DNA from: Candidatus Omnitrophota bacterium | Lineage (GTDB): Bacteria > Omnitrophota > Gorgyraeia > Gorgyraeales > Gorgyraeaceae | DNA: 64,000 bases | NCBI GenBank assembly: GCA_018902915.1 | Contig: JAHIPS010000106.1 | Coordinates: 5,504-69,503, forward strand | Reading direction: 5' to 3' | Shown here: positions 58,326-64,000 of the stretch, piece by piece | Layout: the number at the start of each line of letters is the position of its first letter | Numbering within the stretch: position 1 is the first letter of the stretch | Notes under the pieces: generated by a model | The model's input: the letters and a program-made list of their open reading frames with translations, nothing else | What the model was told of the DNA's origin: nothing | Database searches by the model: none | Position numbers and translations under genes: made by a program

Positions 58326-58661
58326 TTAGTTCGCAACAAAAAGCCGGTTTATATCCTCGCTGAACTCAAGCGCAATCGCATCTTTTTCAACCCTCGCCAC
58401 CATGGCCTTGCCTGTAACACGGGAAAAAGGAAAGTCTCTTGCATCATCCCTGGGCACTGAAAGAGATATCCTCAACGTATCCTGGGGCTTTATATTCTTT
58501 ATTTCTATATCTGCTACATATGCCCCATTATAACTTACGTTAAGAGTAACTCCTTCCTGCTCATTATCTTTCCCGCTGGCTGAAACACGCCTGAGTATCA
58601 TTGGAAGAGATAGGTCCAACCTCTTAAACTGCCTCTTCTCTGAAAATTCGCCTGCCCTCAT
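58326..58661 (-). CDS. PilZ domain protein (c-di-GMP receptor-like).
   Basis: 111 aa. RxxxR-like ...KRQFKRLDLSLPMILRR and D/NxSxxG-like GVTLNVSYNGAYV segments. Confidence 0.65.
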   Translation of the reverse strand: MRAGEFSEKRQFKRLDLSLPMILRRVSASGKDNEQEGVTLNVSYNGAYVADIEIKNIKPQDTLRISLSVPRDDARDFPFSRVTGKAMVARVEKDAIALEFSEDINRLFVAN

Positions 58662-58687
58662 CTACACCCCTCCTTGGCGTTACTATA

Positions 58688-58716
58688 ATTATACTAATCA
58701 TACCATATATTGTCAA
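58688..58716 (-). promoter_or_regulatory. Consensus sigma70 promoter for the PilZ gene.
   Basis: Minus strand: TTGACA (58716..58711), exactly 17 bp, TATAAT (58693..58688). AAGGAGG RBS (58674..58668) lies 7 nt before ATG 58661. Confidence 0.65.
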
Positions 58717-58813
58717 ATTATAAAAGCTTTTTTTTAAGTTTTTTTAAATGAGGCCACAGCTTATTCACAGCCCCCCTGTCATTGCGATCCGCCACAGGCG
58801 GAGAAGCATCTCA

Positions 58814-61800
58814 TTAGAGGCTCATCCATGCCTTTCTGAACCCCTTTGACCTTAACACCTTAAATAAACTCTCCTCACCCATCTCCTCTCTAATCTCTAG
58901 AGCCCCAGCATTATCACTAGTAACAATACTGCCTATTCCTATGCCACATTGAGCAACTGCAATAGTTAAAGAAATTTCTGACAAAATATCGCACCCTGTT
59001 AAAGATAAAAGCTTATAACCTATTAAAAACAGAGGGAAAATAATAAAAATCTGTGTTAAAGGAGCAATAATTACCACGGCTAATCTTTCAAGTTTAAACC
59101 GAGAATCTTGCGACGGCATGGTTATATTTTTCTTCTCATTTTGTTTATAAAATCTAAAAGCGGAAAATATATGGATTAATACGTGAGTTAGGCTTGCAAA
59201 AAACATAGCTAAAACACCTATCGGTATAAATAATATTGCATTATATCCTTGTGGCGCACTAAAAAATCCCAGCAACGCTCCTACAGCTAAGTGCAAAAAC
59301 AAAACTTCTGTCAATATTTCACCCTTTTCTGACCAATATGAACGTATATAGCCCGCATTGACTAATTGATCTAAAGCCGCTCGCACTGCTGCGATATGTT
59401 CGGATATCCTGTGAAAGATATTTTTCATCGACACCAGAATCCTCTCTACCGTCTTATTCGAAGCAAGGGCTTTTTCAACTTCTTTTTTTTCTCTACTAAT
59501 GAGCCACTTTATCCCTTTATACACACCCTTCCCAAACTCAATCCATTCCTTCGGATTAAGTATGCCAAGTGAGTAAAGTGTTGTGCTTTTTTGAGAAGGG
59601 GTTATGGATAGATCTGCTACTTCAATCCCGAAGGCCTTTTCCCCTGTCTCATAAGGTCTATATAAAATTGAAAATTTTCTGTTTCTTGACTTGCCAAATT
59701 GAAAACGCCTTAATCCATAAGAACCAAAACCCTTAAATCCCAAATCAATCAATTCCCTTTCACTCAATGGCTCAATCCTATAGGGATCTTTAATCAATCT
59801 ACTAAAATGGTTCAAAAAGTTCTTTTTGTATTTTCTTGGCATCTTGCGTATTTTAATCTTTAATGCCCATATATAGAGCCAGCTGGCTCCTGAGAAGGGT
59901 CTAATATCACGTGGAAATGGCCATGGTAATTCTTCTTTTATAAAATCCTCCTTCTTCTTTAATAGCTTGTTCACAAATGCTTTAATAAACTTTCCGTCTT
60001 CGACTTTAGCCACCCTATTAGGCGAGAATGCTATTGACCCATCCACGACACCAAAATGGGCGCGATCTCCTGTCGGATCCCATATTGCAAAGACCCTGCC
60101 TTTAAACTTATGAACATCTCTTAATTGAAGCCCTTCCTCAATAACAAAACTTGCAACTCTTTCCATAGACGGCGGTATTAAAATGAATGGCCTACGAGCC
60201 TCTTTTCTAAATGTAACAGAAGGGTTCTCTTTTGCAAAATTCTTCAGAACAGGGATACTATTGATCCCCTCTTTCTTCTTTACTACGCCTGGCGGTTTTT
60301 TATAAGCATGGGCAAATACGTAAAAACTTGAACCTATCGAGAGTACGCCGGAAACGTTTGTCAAGTATGCCATAGGGATATATTGACCTTTAAACAATAA
60401 ACCAAGGCCGCCTAAGAACATAATCGATGAAAAAAGCTTATTTTTCTTTCTAAACCTGAGCAATAAGGAACCCGCGAAAACAGAGCATAATCCCACAAAC
60501 CCAGGCGTAAACCTGAATCCTGCAAGAACCGGCCCTGCTTCCGGCATCTGGGCAATGGCCAATACAGGGAATAGAACAAAAGGAATGGTCAAAAGCAGTA
60601 TCTTTGTAATATTAACCGGTTTCTTTTTAATACGAACTACTATGGACTTGTTAGAGGCAAGATTGTCACGTTCAGAAAAACGGTCGCTGGCGCTATTTGA
60701 CTGCGGATTTGTAATCCCTTCCGTTATTGTAAGATTTTGCTTCGGTACTGTAGCCCCCAGTATCCTTTTCTTATCTATATAAAATTTCAATTTTTCGATC
60801 GCGCTTCTGCTCATTTTTTCAAACGTAGTTACTAAATCCTCCTTTGCACGGTCAAACTTCCCAATGTTCTTCTCAGGCTGCCAGAAAGATAGTTCAATGT
60901 TCGAAATAAATAAGGCCTTTTGCTTTAATCCGCGCCATTCCTTATCAGAAAAAACCATGCCGTTTTTATAAAAACCTCTTCTTAGTTCCTTGAAAAACTT
61001 TTCTGATTCTTTTTTTACATATTCAGACCTGACTGCCTCTATAAGATAGAAGCATACGCTATTGTCAATATGGTTTTTGTATTCTTTTCGCTTTTGTTCA
61101 CTATCTACCAGTATCCCCATCGCAGATAACTGCCTTGAATAGGCCCTTGCCTCTGCAAGGCATCGCTCTGATGCATTAGGATGGCTTTTAAGCTTACCCT
61201 CTTTCCATTCCAGAAAGTGTTCTAATTCATGTATAACTATGGATGCTACCATCTCCGCGCCTTCATGAGAAAACGAGACTTCAAATCCTTTTGCTGAAAA
61301 ACGATAACCACCATTTGGGCTCTCATGCCTTTTAAAATTTAATGGAGTGTATATATTTAACCCTTCTTCAACCATATACTTATATTCTAAGGGCATTCTT
61401 TCTCTTATTAACTTAAGAGCTGAATTAAGAATTTCTCTTTTTTCCGAATTTACACCAATAATGTATGGCGGTCCATATTTTTTGTTTTTAGAAAAATTAT
61501 AGAGCTCTACATATTTGATTACAAAATTATTTGAAATTACATTCCCGGCTTTTCTGCTTAACATATAATCAACTGTACCTAACCCAATAGGCATCATTAT
61601 GAAAAAAATAAGCATAATAAACAAGATTTTGTAGTGTTGTATGGTTGATTTCTTTAAATACCTTTTCATCCCGGGTTTGTCGAGGTTGGAAACATTATGG
61701 CCTACACCTTCGTCTCCAGCAATATTTCTGCCTTTTCCTTTGAGATTATTATTAGATGAAAGCCTGGATGAATTTTGTCTGGATGTTTCTATTAAAACAT

Positions 61801-64000
61801 TGACAATTTTTTCGGCCCATATTTTTCCATCTTTTCCATATACTATCCTGTAACCATTATTTTCGTAAAATCTACGTGCTGATTTTAGCGGTATTGTGTA
61901 AATTTTCAAAACATGTTTTTCTCTAGCAATCTCCTCTACTTTATCTAAAAACAATGCACCTATACCATTATTTCTATATTTCTTATTAAGTGCTAAATTA
62001 CAAATAAAAATGCTTCTACCATTAATTCCACTGTCTATCTTATACTGTAACCCACCCATAACCTTATTTTTATCCAAAGCTATAAGCGTCTCTGCTTCAT
62101 CCTTAAAATACCTCGACATACGACCTTTGGATCCTAAGAAGCCTATCTTAATAAAATGTAGTAATTCTTTATAAGCTTTGATTTTTGTAGGATCACTAAC
62201 CCGTTGTATTTCTATCCGCATCAGTAGGTCAGAACTAGATATGTTTTTATGCAACCATTTTAACTGTAACAAATTAGCTATTGAAGTTGCTGCAATAGAT
62301 AGCAAACCCTTGATCCTTGCTATTAAAAGGTCTGGCTTAAGCATGCCTAATATAACTGCACCAACACTAATTCTAATGAGGGCCTTAAGGTCGATGACTC
62401 CAAAAAGGTGTAAGGATATAGCAAGGAGAGCGATTGCCGCACCAGCTACTGCTAGTTTTCTAAGTATCCTTACCTGTAATGAATACTTTTTTCCTCCGGC
62501 TGCTATTCTGTCTTTCTCTGCTATTTTGCCCTGTTTATCTGCTACAAAACTGAACATTAAAAGTAGCATGCTTGAAATTACCATTACATCCGCTAAATTC
62601 CAAACAATACCTATCGCTGGCGCATAAATATAATCAACCGCTCCTCCTAAACGTATTCCATCAAGTAAATTGCTCATCGCGCCGCCAAGCAGAAATGCAG
62701 CAACAAAAGGTAATATCTTGAACCAAAACCGTGACAATGCCTTTTGTAAAGGTTTTGTAGATTCACTCTTGGATATATATTCATGGTCAGCAGTAATCCA
62801 AAAGTACAAAAAACTAGGTAATGCGAAAAATAAAATTAAACTACTCACCGGAATATCACCAATAAATTCCTCTAATATTCTCTCAGTATGCAATGTATTA
62901 ACTAAATTAAGAGGCCTTGTCAGCGATTTCAGTTCTTCAAAACTCTGTAAAGGAAGATGGCTGTGGACATATAGTTTTACACCCTGATCAATTATAAATC
63001 CCCCTAAAGCAACAAAACCAATAGTCTTTATTCTCTTTAAAGAAAAGGCCTCTATCTTCTGTCCTAACCGCGTTTTGATAAGCCTGTTTGTCCATATCAT
63101 CTTTCCAATGCACCAAATAGAAAGGCTTAAGCAAACCGCATTCACAAAAGAGAAGATAGTTGCCTCTGGACTAATGAATGAACCAGAACCTAGAATATGT
63201 GGATTAAAGAACTCGACTAAGCTTATGGAAAACAGAGCGGAAAGAAAAACTGGTTTTATCTTCATTTTCTCCTCAACCCGCATCTTTGATGGCAAGGTCT
63301 TCAGAACGCCTTTGATTAAATAAACCAACATAGTTATAGGCGCAAATATTGCCTGAATTGTGCATGCTATGAATTCTTCCGCGCTTTCATTGAGATTGAA
63401 TGGCTGTAAGATAAAGTGTATCAGTTCATGCGGGAGCACAAAGAGTTTGTCGGACAGAGTGGCCTTTTCGTGAAAGCGGATCTTTCCGTTGGAGAACCAT
63501 GCAAGTATATCTTTTCCAGGCCCTGCCCTTTCAGGCACAGCCTTTAGTTCTGCTTCTCGCTTTGCTAAAATTCCTGCCTGATATTTCAGTATCCATGCTA
63601 TAAGCCTGAAAGCAAGAGCTGCAGGGATTAATATAATACTTGCATACAACCGTTTATTCTTGGACCATTTATTGTATTTTTCATAGGCTTTTTGGGTATA
63701 ATGGGAAGATATGTTTTTAGACTGTTCAGTATCGGTTTTAACTATAATCTTTGCTTCCTCGATTATTTCAACTCCTGGAGCGCCATATTTCAGAGCAAGT
63801 CTTTCTTCGTTGGTTGCATATCTACCAAACCAATCGTTTAGAAAATGACTTCGAGTTTCGTTTTCTCCTGCAAGTTCATATTCTTTCAGCTCCTTTTCTG
63901 TAAAACGGTCTATGATGCCCCTGGCAATCCTCGCGGCCTCTGGATTACTAGCCACACCTGTGAGTAACCGTATGAGAGCCTGCTTGGAGGCCTTATTGAT
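58814..64000 (-). CDS. Giant polytopic multi-domain protein (at least 1713 aa; the 5' end is probably outside the window). Order: HExxH module 1, LspA-like signal peptidase II domain, GNAT acetyltransferase, HExxH module 2, C-terminal TM bundle.
   Basis: A single uninterrupted frame of more than 5.1 kb. HELIH at 63416-63430. LspA-like region about 62546-63028 (LGGAMSNLLDGIRLGGAVDYIY...VWNLADVMVISSMLLL; both catalytic-Asp positions of LspA are conserved). GNAT about 61826-62233 (YRNNGIGALFLDKV). HELEH at about 61217-61231. More than 15 predicted TM helices. The frame has no stop between 63956 and 64000; the track start at 63955 is a GTG. Confidence 0.85.
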   Translation of the reverse strand: MNKASKQALIRLLTGVASNPEAARIARGIIDRFTEKELKEYELAGENETRSHFLNDWFGRYATNEERLALKYGAPGVEIIEEAKIIVKTDTEQSKNISSHYTQKAYEKYNKWSKNKRLYASIILIPAALAFRLIAWILKYQAGILAKREAELKAVPERAGPGKDILAWFSNGKIRFHEKATLSDKLFVLPHELIHFILQPFNLNESAEEFIACTIQAIFAPITMLVYLIKGVLKTLPSKMRVEEKMKIKPVFLSALFSISLVEFFNPHILGSGSFISPEATIFSFVNAVCLSLSIWCIGKMIWTNRLIKTRLGQKIEAFSLKRIKTIGFVALGGFIIDQGVKLYVHSHLPLQSFEELKSLTRPLNLVNTLHTERILEEFIGDIPVSSLILFFALPSFLYFWITADHEYISKSESTKPLQKALSRFWFKILPFVAAFLLGGAMSNLLDGIRLGGAVDYIYAPAIGIVWNLADVMVISSMLLLMFSFVADKQGKIAEKDRIAAGGKKYSLQVRILRKLAVAGAAIALLAISLHLFGVIDLKALIRISVGAVILGMLKPDLLIARIKGLLSIAATSIANLLQLKWLHKNISSSDLLMRIEIQRVSDPTKIKAYKELLHFIKIGFLGSKGRMSRYFKDEAETLIALDKNKVMGGLQYKIDSGINGRSIFICNLALNKKYRNNGIGALFLDKVEEIAREKHVLKIYTIPLKSARRFYENNGYRIVYGKDGKIWAEKIVNVLIETSRQNSSRLSSNNNLKGKGRNIAGDEGVGHNVSNLDKPGMKRYLKKSTIQHYKILFIMLIFFIMMPIGLGTVDYMLSRKAGNVISNNFVIKYVELYNFSKNKKYGPPYIIGVNSEKREILNSALKLIRERMPLEYKYMVEEGLNIYTPLNFKRHESPNGGYRFSAKGFEVSFSHEGAEMVASIVIHELEHFLEWKEGKLKSHPNASERCLAEARAYSRQLSAMGILVDSEQKRKEYKNHIDNSVCFYLIEAVRSEYVKKESEKFFKELRRGFYKNGMVFSDKEWRGLKQKALFISNIELSFWQPEKNIGKFDRAKEDLVTTFEKMSRSAIEKLKFYIDKKRILGATVPKQNLTITEGITNPQSNSASDRFSERDNLASNKSIVVRIKKKPVNITKILLLTIPFVLFPVLAIAQMPEAGPVLAGFRFTPGFVGLCSVFAGSLLLRFRKKNKLFSSIMFLGGLGLLFKGQYIPMAYLTNVSGVLSIGSSFYVFAHAYKKPPGVVKKKEGINSIPVLKNFAKENPSVTFRKEARRPFILIPPSMERVASFVIEEGLQLRDVHKFKGRVFAIWDPTGDRAHFGVVDGSIAFSPNRVAKVEDGKFIKAFVNKLLKKKEDFIKEELPWPFPRDIRPFSGASWLYIWALKIKIRKMPRKYKKNFLNHFSRLIKDPYRIEPLSERELIDLGFKGFGSYGLRRFQFGKSRNRKFSILYRPYETGEKAFGIEVADLSITPSQKSTTLYSLGILNPKEWIEFGKGVYKGIKWLISREKKEVEKALASNKTVERILVSMKNIFHRISEHIAAVRAALDQLVNAGYIRSYWSEKGEILTEVLFLHLAVGALLGFFSAPQGYNAILFIPIGVLAMFFASLTHVLIHIFSAFRFYKQNEKKNITMPSQDSRFKLERLAVVIIAPLTQIFIIFPLFLIGYKLLSLTGCDILSEISLTIAVAQCGIGIGSIVTSDNAGALEIREEMGEESLFKVLRSKGFRKAWMSL

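Noticed and set aside
58814-63955. The idea that the 1713-aa ORF is an artefactual fusion of several genes, i.e. a pseudogene or frameshift chain.
   Set aside because: A single frame stays open for more than 5.1 kb on the coding strand. Hydrophobic helices bridge the domain junctions. The codon usage is uniform. Random sequence of this AT content would hit a stop about every 60-70 nt. An assembly chimera cannot be excluded without reads.

Overview
This 64-kb window is densely coding and almost entirely one-directional: about 58 genes, all but the first on the minus strand. It looks like a Gram-negative (diderm) chromosome. AT-rich codons, frequent TPR proteins and a giant ORF suggest an uncultivated lineage; the lineage call is a guess.

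Gene content from left to right:
- 1-27.6 kb: a Wzx/Wzy-type exopolysaccharide (EPS) locus. It has a PF14907-like nucleotidyltransferase, a radical SAM/SPASM enzyme, several GT4 glycosyltransferases, a GH-A lipoprotein hydrolase, a WbaP-like priming transferase, a DUF362 / CE4 deacetylase / PF13480 acyltransferase trio, two Wzy-like polymerases (one fused to TPR), an HTH-HD-GYP c-di-GMP phosphodiesterase, Wzc, a Wza-like exporter, an OM beta-barrel and a Wzx flippase.
- 27.6-33.5 kb: housekeeping genes (folE, mnmE, folC, purH, a YchF-like GTPase).
- 33.5-36.7 kb: T2SS/T4P-like pseudopilins, GspF and a coiled-coil protein.
- 36.7-46.7 kb: an efflux operon. It encodes an OMF carrying an N-terminal TonB_C-like domain, an MFP and two tandem RND permeases, the first with a cytoplasmic C-terminal Pro-rich linker plus winged-HTH. 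A 164-bp highly structured element sits between the two RND genes.
- 46.7-58.3 kb: a glycan-utilisation locus (ROK regulator, a 930-aa OM beta-barrel-like protein, two paralogous GH-A hydrolases, a CBM-like lipoprotein and ABC sugar permeases plus a binding protein).
- 58.3-64.0 kb: a PilZ protein with a textbook sigma70 promoter, and a giant (>1713 aa, 5'-open at the window edge) polytopic protein. It fuses a complete LspA (signal peptidase II) domain, a GNAT acetyltransferase and two HExxH metallopeptidase-like modules. This is the most novel item in the window.

A 23-bp perfect palindrome, TGTTCAAGGC-T(A/T)A-GCCTTGAACA, recurs as paired copies at four intergenic junctions. It supplies the final codons (MFKAKP*) and stop codon for three unrelated genes. 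Several near-consensus TTGACA-N17-TATA(A/C)T promoters are visible. No tRNA, rRNA, CRISPR or transposase genes were found.
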